The notes: generated by a model from the letters alone, not told the origin. A DNA stretch of 63,493 nt, filler included, from 12 parts of 12 records of this genome joined end to end with filler, not necessarily neighbours in it; one strand, 5' to 3'. Positions 51,194 to 63,400 are shown, counted from the whole stretch's first letter. Program-made: numbers and translations.

Positions 51194-54100
51194 GCTGGAG
51201 CTCGGCGATTCTCAGCCACAGGTCCCGGGTCTAGTCGACGAACGTTCTCAGCCACACATTCTTTGGCCGGTGGCTCTGAGTCCACAGATTCCAGCGGGGT
51301 TGGGCCTGTGACCGAGGCTGCACGGTGCACCAGCTGCCTGAGCACACTGCCAGCTGATCAATCCCACGCTGCATGAATCACTTACTACAGTATTACTTAC
51401 TACAATAGTACTGCGAGCTGATAAATCGCACGCTGCACGAATTACTACTACAATAATGGTTCATCAATGCTGGCACCTGCACAGCTGGCCGGTGGTCCGT
51501 CGAATTGGCGGAGGAAGGGACCGATCCTGGCAGCCAACACAGATTAATTAACAATAAAGGCTTAACATGTGTTGATTCAACCTGGTATAGATGCCGGGTA
51601 AACTAAACTATTACACCATAGATTGTATTATACCTGGTAGATGCCGAGCAAAACATGCCCGAGCCCGCGGGAGCGGAGCACGTGTCTGATCGAGGCCCGA
51701 TCCACCTGCAGGGCCGTTACTGTTGACTAGATCGACGCACCAGTGGTGTGATGGCCTGGAGCAGCAGCAGCAGCCTGCCGGGGTGCAAGTGGGGCGGCCG
51801 GAGCATGCTGCACCAACAGACATTACGGCCTGAATTGGCGTCTTGTGGGTGGCACCGGGCAGCTGCGGCGAGGAATCCGGACTCTAGAAGAGAGGTGGGC
51901 TCGGCTCGCCGGATGAGCAATACCTGTGGACATGGTGTGTTACTAGCTGGTATACACTACTACTGTAGTACTTACTACAGTAGTACTTACTGTGGACATA
52001 GTGTGTTACTAGCTGGTATCCTAGTAGTGCTACTACACCCACAGGCTGGATAAGGCTGGATAAGGCTGGATTGTATGTTAAGCAAGCGAATATATCATGT
52101 TCGTACCACTTTCGGCAGCAGCTTAGGGACGGCGGCCATCCGCAGCTCTGTCACACACAGTTAACACGCGCCTTCCCGATTAGGCAAGTCTTGTTAACAC
52201 CTGTCGGGTAGCGCCGGCCTGGAGCTGTCTGGTCGCACGCCTGGCCAGTCGCACAACCTTAGTACTATAAGTACTTTTTCTATTATTATTATTATTATTG
52301 ACACCTGGTGGATCTGTGAGATAGTCTCAATCATTTCGGTCCGAGAGACTTTGGACGCGACCACCGGCCTCTTCAGCGGCCTAGACACCTCCGCCTCGCC
52401 CCTGGCCCGCCAGTCAGCCATAACTAACCTGCGAAAAGGCCACCGGATCACGCGACGTGGTCTCTTGCCCGCGACCGGCTGGCGAGGAGACGCTTCAGCC
52501 AAGACTGGTGCAGCAGACAGGTTTGCGCGAGCCGGCCACGCTGCGAGGGAGAGCGGCGCGGCTTGATGGGCTGGATTGGCGCGTCGAGCAGGATTGGGTG
52601 CGCGGTAGGCCGACAGTTGTGGCTGAGAATGGCTCACAGCCGGCGATTGTGGCTCAGCTTCGCTCGCAGCCGGTGATTGTGGCTCAGCTTCGCTCGCAGC
52701 TGGTGATTGTGGCTCAGCTTCGGCTGGGGCCCCAATCCCGAGCTGCGACAGGAACGCAGCATTGCGCTCCATCCTTACAAGCCTCTGTTTCTCATAATCA
52801 CTTAGTTCATGTCTCGTCGGCTCCTCAGGCGCTGAACCGTCTTCCGACAACCCCACCGGCTCCTCTGAGCCCTCATCGCCGCTCCAGCTGTCGCTCAGCT
52901 CTTCCTCGTCGTTCTGCTGCAACACGCTGGCCGCCGCCACCGCCGCCCGCCGCCGCGGCCTGAGTTCAACGATTAATGAGCGAGCGCAGCGATGCAATCA
53001 CCGGGCAGTCTCTTCCTGCAAAGCTTCTGCCATGTCAGCATCGAGCTCACAGCTGCATCGATCCCTAATCAGGCGAGTGCACCGCTAATTATTCTCTAAA
53101 TAAGAAGCACCTCGGCTCGGCAGGCTGCCCCGAATCCTGTTGACTCTCAGGCTGCCACCCCGCCGTCAGCTCGCTAACGATTCTGCAAATAAAGTAGGAG
53201 AAAAGTCGCCTGGTCGGAGCCAATTCTGGAGTGATCCGCCTCCTCTTCAGCTGCCAGCGCCTGGGCGCGGAGACTCGGCCGTGGTTCAACCAACTGAACC
53301 TGTCACCCAGTTAGCTGGCAGCTGCGACCATCGTCGAGTGGTCCTAAAATAGACATGGCATGCTCGCACGTGTTAGTTGGATTAAATCAAATATGTCAAA
53401 TATGGGAAACGCCTGTGAGGTCGAGGAAGTCCAAAGCATTGGCACCACATACCTGCCCGCCAGCTCCAGCATGAATAAACTATCTACATAATCGCTATTG
53501 CATGTTCTATATATAGTAACATATATCAAACGCACTGGTAAATCACATTCTTGGCTGAATCAAACTTGTTGAGCCTCTTAACTAACTGTTTGGCCTCTTT
53601 CCCTCGCTCCAGCCCTTGCCTGGACCAGAAGCACGTCGCCTGCCAGCCGCACGATTCCAGCCCAGTGCACAGACTATATACTTGCGCTCAATTATGCTAC
53701 AGTACAGTACAGTATACCGGTAGTACTAGTACAGTATAGTACTATGACTCAGTTGCCTGCAGCCCGTCGTCGGACTGAGTCAGCACCTGCCGTCGCACAG
53801 ATCATTTCTGAGAGATCCACGGGCAACATGCAGACTATACTGTACTAGTACTGTACGTACCAGTAGACTATACTGTACTAGTACTGTACCAGTAGACTAT
53901 TACTACTTGATAGGATGATAGGATGACCGCGTGTGACCCTGAAGGTCCAGCCAACGCCCGTGCGGCCCTCTTAATCTGATTAACCTGCGTGACAGTAACT
54001 GCAACCAACGGCAAAACAACGCACCACAATCGTGCCCAGCCCGGTCCCTGCTTCCCCCACCCGCTGGCTGCCCCCGAGGCTCCGCGATCCAACCGCAACC

Positions 54101-54588
54101 AACGGGCACACCGGCATGCCATCAGCAGCACATCCAGCACACAGCCTGTCCCATCCACCCCCCGGAACCCGCGCACCTGCCGTAGAACAGCGGTCAGATC
54201 GCCGTTGGGGCAGCCTCCTGCTGGCACCGTGGCGCCGGCGACCACCTCGCCTCCCCGGCACACGAGGCAGTGGGCGGTGCTCTTGTCACGCTTGATCAGG
54301 TAATTCAGGTGCCCCCCGGCCCGCAGGTTGGGCAGCAGCTCGTCACACACCTAATCCGGCAATAGATGACGTCCCGCCCACCCAGCCACCAGCTTCCACT
54401 GGCTCAGCACCGTCGGCGGCCCGTCCATCGCCAGCCAGCGCGCCGCGTCGGTCGGGGCCGCGGCCACCGTCTCGCCGCCCGACAGCGCCCGCATCGCTCC
54501 CCCCGGGGCTCCTGGCACGCACTTGCAGCGGCCTGCTGCCGTCGCGACACAGCAGCAGCCGGCACCACGACGACCCTGCTGTGGCGCG
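51194..54588 (-). CDS. GCN5-like GNAT acetyltransferase domain (~53410-54350) followed by low-complexity exons; ends uncertain
   Basis: Spliced: LLPNL...EVVAGAT|VRGF...LDVLLMA...GTGLGTIV|VNQIK...GSHA|VLTQSDDGLQ|ATCFWSRQGL...VIYQ|YVVPM, collinear with GCN5 HAT motifs. Later LSDYEKQRLVRMERNAAFLSQLGI. Confidence 0.55.
52637..52722. repeat. 30-nt coding tandem repeat x~3 (AEPQSPAASE on minus strand)
   Basis: CAGCYGGYGATTGTGGCTCAGCTTCGCTCG repeated. Confidence 0.9.
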
Positions 54589-55047
54589 NNNNNNNNNNNN
54601 NNNNNNNNNNNNNNNNNNNNNNNNNNNNNNNNTTAATTAATTAANNNNNNNNNNNNNNNNNNNNNNNNNNNNNNNNNNNNNNNNNNNNATCGAGGGGAGT
54701 GTAAGCAGCATCCGGCGAGGGACGCGGCTATAGTAATACAGCGGAAGAGGCAGCTGATGCCGCTGTGGCGGCCGGTGTGCCGTGTGATGCTCGCGCACCC
54801 GAACGATAGCCGGATTGATGTGCGCTGGCCGGCCGGCAAGGGCTGAGCAGGCGTGCTGCAGGACAATGGACGGATTTTCCTCAGATATGTAGATAAGCAC
54901 GGGTATGGCAATCGGGCGGCGTGCGGCCGCGGGTGTGTACATCTGATGAACGCCGAGTGTGGTATACAGTAATAGTTAAATTAGTTATAGATCTGGGCAG
55001 GCTACCAGTACACTCTGTTTACAATCAAGCTACTTACATAGTCCGCG

Positions 55048-55996
55048 CTAGCTAGCCGGCACGTGTGCTTGCTTGGTCCGCTTTGCTTTGTTCAAATAAG
55101 ACCACTCGCCAGGCCTACTGCGCGACTGCCGCACCTCCCAGCCGTCCGGCAGCCGCCGGGCTGGCTCCGACGGCGGCGCTCTCTGCCGCTCTTTGGTGTG
55201 AATATTCTGGTAGCTTGTCAGGCCTGGTCTGCTACGAGAAGGTACTCGTACCCACCCGGCAGGCAGCGGCGCAGGGACTACAGGTCGCATCCGAGACTGA
55301 GTGGCCAGGTGGAGTGCCCCGCACGCCAGATGGTTGGCGCTCGGCCGCGCCACCGGCTGGCTCTGGCTGGGCCGGCTGTGCACAGCGCAACCCGCAGGCC
55401 TCTTGTTACAGCACTGCTTGCAAGCGCCGAATCTGCCCCAGTGCTCAGCCCTCGCTGGCCGCCAGCCGCACCGGCAGCCCCGTTTGCGCTTGGAGCCACA
55501 CCCGTGAGACATGCACCGGGTGGCCGCCGTCTCGCTACGAGCCGGGAGCGGAAGGCTCTTGCAGAGCGCTGCGGCTAGCGGGCCTAGCACGAACGGGTGG
55601 ACCATCTCGGGCAGGCTCTCCACCTGCCAGGGCTCGGCCCAGTCCTCGGCCCTGGCACCATCTCTGCCGCGCGGCCCATGGTGTCGGGCGAGGCCGCCGA
55701 CGGGCACGGTGGCAGACCAAGGCAGCGGCCCGCAACTGTCCGGCTAGACCGCCAGCGGTCAGACCCGGGGGCAGCGGCTCAGCCCACCCGGCGAGCGCGG
55801 TGAGCCGGGGGATCCGCTCGGGCGGCGGTCCGGTCAAAACCCATTGGTTCAGGTTGTGCTCCTGCTCAACCTCAGCAGTCTGGCCGGCTGCGGCACACAC
55901 CCAGCCGGCCGCGGCGGCCGAGTCGCCGGTCAGGGCGGCCCGCCGGGCGAGCAGCGCGCTGGCCAGCAGCGAGCGCACCCCGGGCTCCTCCTCCAT
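55048..55996 (-). CDS. Cys/His zinc-finger plus tandem WW-domain protein
   Basis: After removing an in-frame 39-nt intron: CMSHGCGSKRKRGC|RFGACKQCCNKRPAGCAVH. LPAGWVRVPSRSRPG..Y.N and LPDGWEVRQSRSRPG..Y.N. Confidence 0.7.
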
Positions 55997-56092
55997 GGCC
56001 ACTCCACAAGGCACAAGCCGAAGCGGGCTTCTTTCCGTTGAGGAGCCGGGCTCGAGGCGAGGGGCAGCACGCGTCAGGTCGGGGGAGCGGCG

Positions 56093-59000
56093 ATGGCGTC
56101 CGCCAACGGAGATCCGCGGTGCCTGTACATCCCGATCAAGGACTCGGAGGAGGCGGTGGCCATCCCGGTGAGCCAGCTGCCGGACGACGTGGAGGAGGTC
56201 CCCCCCGCGGCCAAGTGCGGCCGGCGAGCGGCGACAGGTCCTCAACGTGTTCCGTGGCGAGATCGCGCCGCTGGACACCTGGCTCTCGTTCGCGGTGGAG
56301 TACCACCGGCAGGGCCGACTCAAGCCGTTCATGGACATCATTACCGAGGGATCTAGCCCTGGTGCCGGCCCGGGCCGGCCGGCTGGCTCACTGGGCCGCG
56401 GCCAGAAATCGCCGAGTTTTATAAGGAGGCCAAGCAGGAACGAGTGGCCATCCTGAGCACCAAGGCGGCCCACTGCCTCTCCACTGCCCAGCGGGTGGGC
56501 TTGCCCCCGCCCCGGGGGCCGACGCACCGGCCAGGCCCAACCGGATAGCTCGGAGTACACCGAAGCCATATCCCAGGCCGAGAAGCTGTGCCTGCGCGGC
56601 CAAGCCCCGGCGGAGTCGGCTGGGCAGGTATGAATCGGCGGAGAAAATAGACACTGAGAGTGAGCTCGTCTTCCTTGGCCGAGGTGCGCGGTGCGGGTAG
56701 GTTCAGGCCTGACCTCCCGCAGGGTTCCTCCTGTTCCTTCAGGGCAAGTACAAGGACGCGTTCAAGAATTTCGAGTTCGCCCGGAGTTTCGCCAAGACCA
56801 GCTCCGGCGACCTGCGCGACTCGATCCCCGCCATGCTGGGCATGGTGTGTTGCGTCCCGCCCCCGGCCACTCACAGGTGGTAGGCGGCTGTCCATTACCA
56901 AAACAGCCGGTATTCGGATGCGCTCGGGCTATTCAGCCGGGTGCTGAAGAGCGATCCGTGCTGCCCAGCGAACGTCAGAGTCGGGATGGCGGTGTGCCTG
57001 CTGCAGCTGAAGCAAATCTCGGAGGCACGACAAGTGTTTGAGCGGGTGTGCTTCCAGGCCGGGCCCGGGGCCGAGCGGAGTGCAGGTACTGGAGCTGGAG
57101 CCGGAGAACGTGGACGGGCTGGCGCACCTGGCCATGCTGGACATCAACAGCGGCGAGGTCCGTCTGAACCGCCCTAGCGGTGTTAGCGGCCGGCTGCGGA
57201 GATGTGTTAGTAAGTACGTTCGGTGGAGTGCCCGGGGCGCTGTGACGAGCATTTCGCTATTGAGCAGTCTGTCTGTGGGTCGGGGCGCGGTTGGGATCCG
57301 GCTGGCTGGAGCATCGGGGTGCAGGTGGCGAAGGGATACGAGCGAATGGTCCAGGCTTACCAGCTCAACCCTCTGGATGCGAGGGTGCTCGTCGTGCTCG
57401 CGCACTATTGCTTCCTGCAGCAAGACCTAGACAAGGCACGCGTGGTCTGTCCCGTCATTTGACCGGCTGACAGACGGCGGCTCTGGCAACCAAGGTGCTG
57501 CAAGTTACTAGGTCTCCCAAGATATCGAGCGCAGCGCACCTCAAGGTGCCGTCTAAGCCGGGCGCTGGGCATGAGTCCAGCCCAGATCGCCCAAGTGGCT
57601 CACAAGCGCGAGGAGATGGACACGGCGTTCAAGGAGTACACGCGCGCAGCCCAAGAGGATCCTCAGAGCTCACAGGCATCCCGACTCGCTGGCATGCTCG
57701 ACTCACTTGAGTTTCATCTCAGGCGTTTTATGGATTGGCCCAGTGCCACGTGTGCCGGAACCAACTCGGCCACGCCGTGCAGTGCCTGGAGAAGGTACTC
57801 ACGCTCTCACCTGCCAGCTGGGAGCCGAAGCGACTGTTGGGGATTCTGTACTCAAGGCAGCCTTAGGGCAGCCAGTCGGCTGAGCCTGGGGTGAAGGATG
57901 GACAAGCCACAAGTAGGCAAGGCGCTGCAGCTGTTGAAGCAGGTGCTCGAGGCTCGCCCGAACGACTCAGACGCGCTGATTGAGATCGGCGAGCTGCAAG
58001 TCCACCAGGTGACTCTAGAGTCGGGTCGTGAGGCCAGCGGGGCGGCAGGAGAGCACTGAAGCCAAGGTGGCATTGGACAAGTTCAAACAAGTCCCAACCG
58101 CCGCCCTGGGCCGCGCTGAGCTGACGGCAGGTGGCCACTGCCGGCTCGATCCCGCACCAGAGTTGGAATAATCTTGGGGCTGTGCTGCACAAGCTCGGGG
58201 ACATTACGGGTGCGATGGAAGCGTATAGGCACGCGGTGGATGATGGGGCGTTTGATGCGGAAGATCAGCTGGTAGCCGACCCAACTGAGCTGGCCAAGGC
58301 GGCAGAGAAGGCAGCTGGAGCGTGCATCGGCTGTGGGGCTGATTCATGCGCAGGTGACGGTTTTGTACAACATGGCTAGGGTGCTTGAGGCCCAGGGCAA
58401 AGAGGACAAGGCACGAGCCCTTTACAAAAAGATAATTGAAGGTGGCCATACGGCGGACTGGCAGGCACTCAGGGCTGTGGCCAGGCACCCCGGGCTACAT
58501 GGACGCCTACCTTAGGCTGTCAGAGCTCGATAAAGACAAACAGTGGCTTGAGAAAGCCTTAGAACAGAACCCAGAGAACATTAACGTCAGCGCCCCGAGC
58601 AAGGCCGGGGCTCACGGGCGGTGGCAGGTAAGGCTGCAGCTCGGGACAGCTGCGCTAGATCGGCGGGACTGGGAGACAGCCAAGAAGGAGTTTGAGCGAT
58701 GCCTGAAGAGCGACAAGAGCTGCATGTGCGGCTGAGCTAGTCAGCTGAGGCTCACTGGCAAGGTAGGTATGCTCTCATATCGCTCGGGAATGTCTTCTTG
58801 CATTCTTACAAGAACGATGACAAGGCGCTCAACAGAGCGGCTGACATGTTCTCTCGAGCGCTGTTCAAGCAACCAAACAACACATACGCTACGCACGGTA
58901 TTGCATGCGTGCTAGCTGAGAAAGGACGATTTGCTGAGGCCAAGGAGGCGAGCGGCGTTAGCTGGCTGAGGGCGCTGAGCCGGTGGCAGGTGCTTGACTG

Positions 59001-60271
59001 GTTGCACGAGCATCGGATCGAGTCGTGCGACATTCTGGTGGTTTGCCCACGCCTGCGCTGGCTCACGCTCAATGCAGGCCAACCTTGGGCATGTGCGGCT
59101 CAAGCTGGGCGACTGCCGGATGGCGGCTACATGCTATCGTAAGGCGCTCGAGCACGTCGCAGTCCACGGACCGAGCCCAACCAGTAGTGACAGCGCGATC
59201 CGACTGCACCTTGCCCGCTGCCTGCTGCTTGACGAGGACTACGAGGGAGCAATGGAGGTGCTGCAGGGGGCCACCAGCCAGGGCCCGCAGCTCTTGTTCA
59301 ACCTGGCTGTGATTATGGAGCGGTACGCCAAGTGCGTGTACAACAACCCGAAACCAAACTTGAGTGACGTCGAGGTCCGGCCTGAGTCTGTCCGTGTGGC
59401 TGAGTCGAGGGCAGGCGGCGCACCAGAACATCCAGGCAGCCAAGAAGCTGTTTAGCGACCTCTTGCTTGTATTTGAGGAGCCTGAGCCGGGCAAGCTGCC
59501 ATTCAATAAGGCATGCTCCACGAGCCAAACCAGGGCTGAGTGCGGTGCGCAGGAGCAGATCTCAAAGTACGTCGACAAGTGCGGCGAGCTGGAGAGCCAG
59601 AACGAGGCGATTGCGACCAAGGCCAAGACAATTAAAGCCGAACAGGCAGCGCGCCAGTGGCATCGCCGGCCTGAGGCAGGCCGCAGGAGGATCGGTGGCG
59701 CGCACAGAATGAGCAAGTCGAGAGGGTGAGGCAGCAGCGGCGCGAGAAAGAGATCGCCGAGCAGGTTGCAGGCTGTACGGGCAGGCGGTGACAGGTGTGT
59801 GTGGCAGGAGAAGCTCGTCGAGGAGCGGCGGCGGAAGGACGAGCTGGCGCAGGAGGACGAGAAGGAGATGGATGGGATGCGAGCGGAGTGGGAGCATCAA
59901 CAGAACTTGGAGATGCAGGCCGAGCAGCAGAAACAGGAGGCAAAGCAGAAGCGCTCGAGGAAGAAGGAGAAGCTGCAGGTGGAGCGCGAGTTGTGGCTGG
60001 AGTGACTGGGGGACAGGTGGTGGAGGAAGTGCTGCCAGATGATGAGTTGCCAGACGAGCTGGAGGAGCCGATCTTGCCTGACGAAGAGGACGAGGAGGAC
60101 GAGCTCGAGCAGTGCGTCTGGCTGGCTGGCTGGTGGTGGCGAGCATTGGCAGGTATCCGACTCTAGACGACGATGCGGAGGATGCCAAGCCGAAAGCGGC
60201 AGCTGAGGAGGAGCAACCAGCGGCAGAAGCGGCTCCGGCCAAGAGGCGCCTTCAGCTGAAGAGAGCTCGAG
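56093..60271 (+). CDS. CTR9: PAF1 complex TPR subunit CTR9, 3' truncated, 26 modelled introns
   Basis: LYIPIKDSEEAVAIPVSQLP...EIAPLDTWLSFAVEYHRQG, PANVRVGMAVC, TVLYNMAR, YMDAYLRL, YALISLGN, NTYATHGIACVLAEKG. The spliced model is collinear with CTR9. Confidence 0.93.
57192..57269 (+). ncRNA. Candidate intronic box C/D snoRNA
   Basis: Inside the 167-nt CTR9 intron 57158-57324. Terminal stem GGCTGC/GCAGTC, C-like GAGATGT, C' GTGACGA, D-like TTGA preceded by GCATTTCGCTA (antisense to rRNA-like TAGCGAAATGC). Confidence 0.5.
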
Positions 60272-60443
60272 NNNNNNNNNNNNNNNNNNNNNNNNNNNNN
60301 NNNNNNNNNNNNNNNTTAATTAATTAANNNNNNNNNNNNNNNNNNNNNNNNNNNNNNNNNNNNNNNNNNNNTCATTTCGTTGCAGATCGAGTCGATCCGT
60401 CAGCTGCCGGGTAGGTGCTCGGCGGTGCGTGCTGTCTGGCGTG

Positions 60444-63400
60444 ATGCCGCGCACTCGCGGGCTGCTCGAGCTGGCTGCGGTGGAGCGGATGCTCTGGGAG
60501 CAGACCAGCCGGGCCACAGACCCTGGCGAGGTGAGCATCAAGAAGAAGAACGCCGTGCTGGCCGACCGAGGGGCCGAGGCCGTGGCCGAGTTTGTGGCTC
60601 GAGAGGACGGCGGGCACGCGGTGACGTCCCGTGCATTCCCTTTTCAGGCCGGGCAGGTGACACAGCTCAATCTGAGCGACAATCAGATCGGAGCCCCCGG
60701 GCTGACCCGGCTGGCGTCCATGCTCGCCGACAACTGCACTGTGCGCACACTCAATTTGTCCAAAGCCTGCGGCGCCGTGGCCCCGCTCGGGGCGGCGCTG
60801 GCAGCCAATCGGTGGCTGGTCGAGCTCAACCTGCAGGAGTGCGGGATAGGCCCGGACGGCTGCCAGGCGCTCGCTCGGGGGCTCGAGCGCAACCTGACGT
60901 TGGAGCGGCTTAACCTCAGGACAAACAACGCCGGCGACGCCGGGGCCGCTGCGCTGGCCGGCTGCCTGGGGTCCAACACAGCGCTTGTTGGGCTGAATCT
61001 GGCCCGGAACCAGCTGAGCCCAGCCGGGGCCGAGTGTCTGGCCAGCGGGCTCGAGCACAACAGCAGCCTGCAGGAGCTTAATATTGGCAACGAGCTCACC
61101 AGCTGCGCCGGAGGGCAGCGGCTTATCGAGCAGCTCGCCCGGAACGCCGACCCCTGCCGGTTGCTGGCCCGGGCCGGGCAGCTGGCGCGGCTGGCCGGTC
61201 GGGGGCTGGGTGATGGCGAGGTCGAGGCGATGTCGAGCTGGTTAGTGGCACATTGTGAGGAGCTGGTGGAGCTTGAAATGCATAATAACAAAATCGGGGA
61301 GCGCGGGGCGACGGCGCTGGCTGCGGCAGTCGAGGCCTGTCCGACGGTGCGTGCGGTGAGCCTGCATGGCAACCCTGCTGAAGGCTCCGGGGCGGCTGAG
61401 CGGGTTGCGGGAGCGGCGGCGGTGAATGAGCTTCGCTGGATAGAATCACAAGGAGACGGGAGCGGCCGGGAGACCGGGATGAGGTCGGTGAGTCGGCGAG
61501 GGCTCGGGGATGTTGGGGCTGTGATGGTCGCGGGCTGGTTGCGGGACGAGTGTCGTTTCCTCACAGAGTTGGTGCGTTTATTAGCCACTTTATTAGCCGC
61601 TTGGCTCTGAACCCAGCGGACAGGGGCTTCATCATAACGGAATCGGGGCAGCGGGGGCACAGGCCTTGGCCGAGGCGCTCCGAGGGAACTCTAGCCTGAC
61701 CGAGCTGTCGGTTTATTGTAACTTGAAAGGAAGCTTCTGGGGCAAAGCACTCGCTCACGGACTTGCGGACAACCGCACAGTGAGCACTCTCGATCTCGGC
61801 GGTAATGGAATCGGGGACGAGGGCGCGGCTGCTCTGGCGGGGCTGCTCGCAAGCAACACGACGCTGACGGATGTACATATGGATTATAATCAGATTGGCC
61901 AGGAGGGCGTTGCGCGGCTCGCCGACGCAGTTCGGGGCCACAGCTCGCTCCAAACGATCTGGCTGCAAGGCAACCACTCGCCGTCAGCTGAGCAAGTCCA
62001 ATCAGAACTGGCCGCCAGCCGTCCAGCCTGCCCGCTCCCAGCCGATGACTGGCAGGCGCCGCGCCCTTGCTGTGGCTGGCTGAGCCGCTGCGCAGGGACT
62101 GGTCGCACGCGGTCGTACTTGCTCGTCGCCGGTGCGGTGTGCCGACCAGCTTGGACAGGAGTTTGCAGACCAGGCAAGCTCGCTGTCGATTGACCGTGAG
62201 CGGCTGGCAGCTGGCAGAGCTGTGCATATCTGAGTTTGCGGCCAGGAGCGGCGACTATCTAGCCTCAGTAAGCCCCAGCACTGGCATGCTGAGAGCTCCG
62301 CAGGTGCGAGGGGCAGTTGTGCTAGCAGGCTTCGCTCTCCGCCGGTGCGTTCCTCGGCCAGGGGTGTAATAAGCGAGCCCGAATGACAGCAAGGACGCAT
62401 CTGGGGCTCACTGGCTGCAACTGATCGCTCTTGGGGTAGCTGGTGTCCCAGGCCTACCTGACTGGAACGCAGGCTGGCACAAAGTTTATGCCACCTCCCG
62501 TCGCCTCCGCCGACAAAGCGGCCGAGCTAGTGCACGACTCGCATGCTGAACCGCTCGCGCGCCGGGCACTCCGCCGCTGGCTGACGGGGCAGGCATCCCG
62601 CTGGGCCTGTGGGCCGGCTGGAGCTATTGCAGGTGGCATTGGCGCATGAGCAGCCGGCGGAATCGGTGTTAGAATGGAAAAGCAACCGGCTCGTGCTGGC
62701 GGCCAGTGTGTCGCTCCACATGTTCAGTAGCGCCGCGCCGTGCGGGCGGGCCTCGATGCCGGTCGAGTCTGTCGAGGGGCTGATGGTCAAGGGCGGGCTC
62801 TCGCAGGAGTCCGTGCAGGGCGGCGGGTGCAGGCCGGTCGAGCACGCCGCGGAGGTTATTGGATTACCCTGCGGAGGGGCGTCTGTCACTGGGCTGAGCC
62901 TCAGTTGCTCAGACAAGCTACGGCGCTGGAATAGGCTAGGACTGCAAGGCGCGTTGCTCTCGTGTCTGATCGAGCAGCCGATCCGGATGAGCTCGCTCAC
63001 AGTAGGACGGAAGTTCTGCCGAGACCGCTGCGAGGCCGCGTTCCCGGATCTGCCAGTGCTGGGCACAGGGGCAAGGTTAGAGCACCACACACGGGCCGGG
63101 CTCCGGACCGGAGATGGCGATGAGAGCGTCTGGTGGCACCCGGGGATGCAATCGGTGCACCAGCGTGCCCAGGGCTCTCACCAGCTTGGGAGGGCAGGTG
63201 TGCCGGCACGACGGGCGGACTGGTCGCACTCTGGGCTCCCGTCAGCACACCGCAAGGTGCCTGACCAGCGGCGGGGTGGCTTACCGGGCCGCAGTGCGAT
63301 CTCCGGGGCTGTGATGTTTGAAGAGTGGTGCACACTCCGGGCGAACTGGAGATTAGAATCGAAGCTCGATGAGGCCGTTGTGCAGGCCAGCTCACTTCTC

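Noticed and set aside
60683-61660. Long antisense or overlapping ORFs here and throughout (e.g. 4735-5559, 42753-43823, 55065-56171)
   Set aside because: Shadow ORFs expected opposite GC-rich coding sequence, with S/A/R/P-biased translations and no motifs
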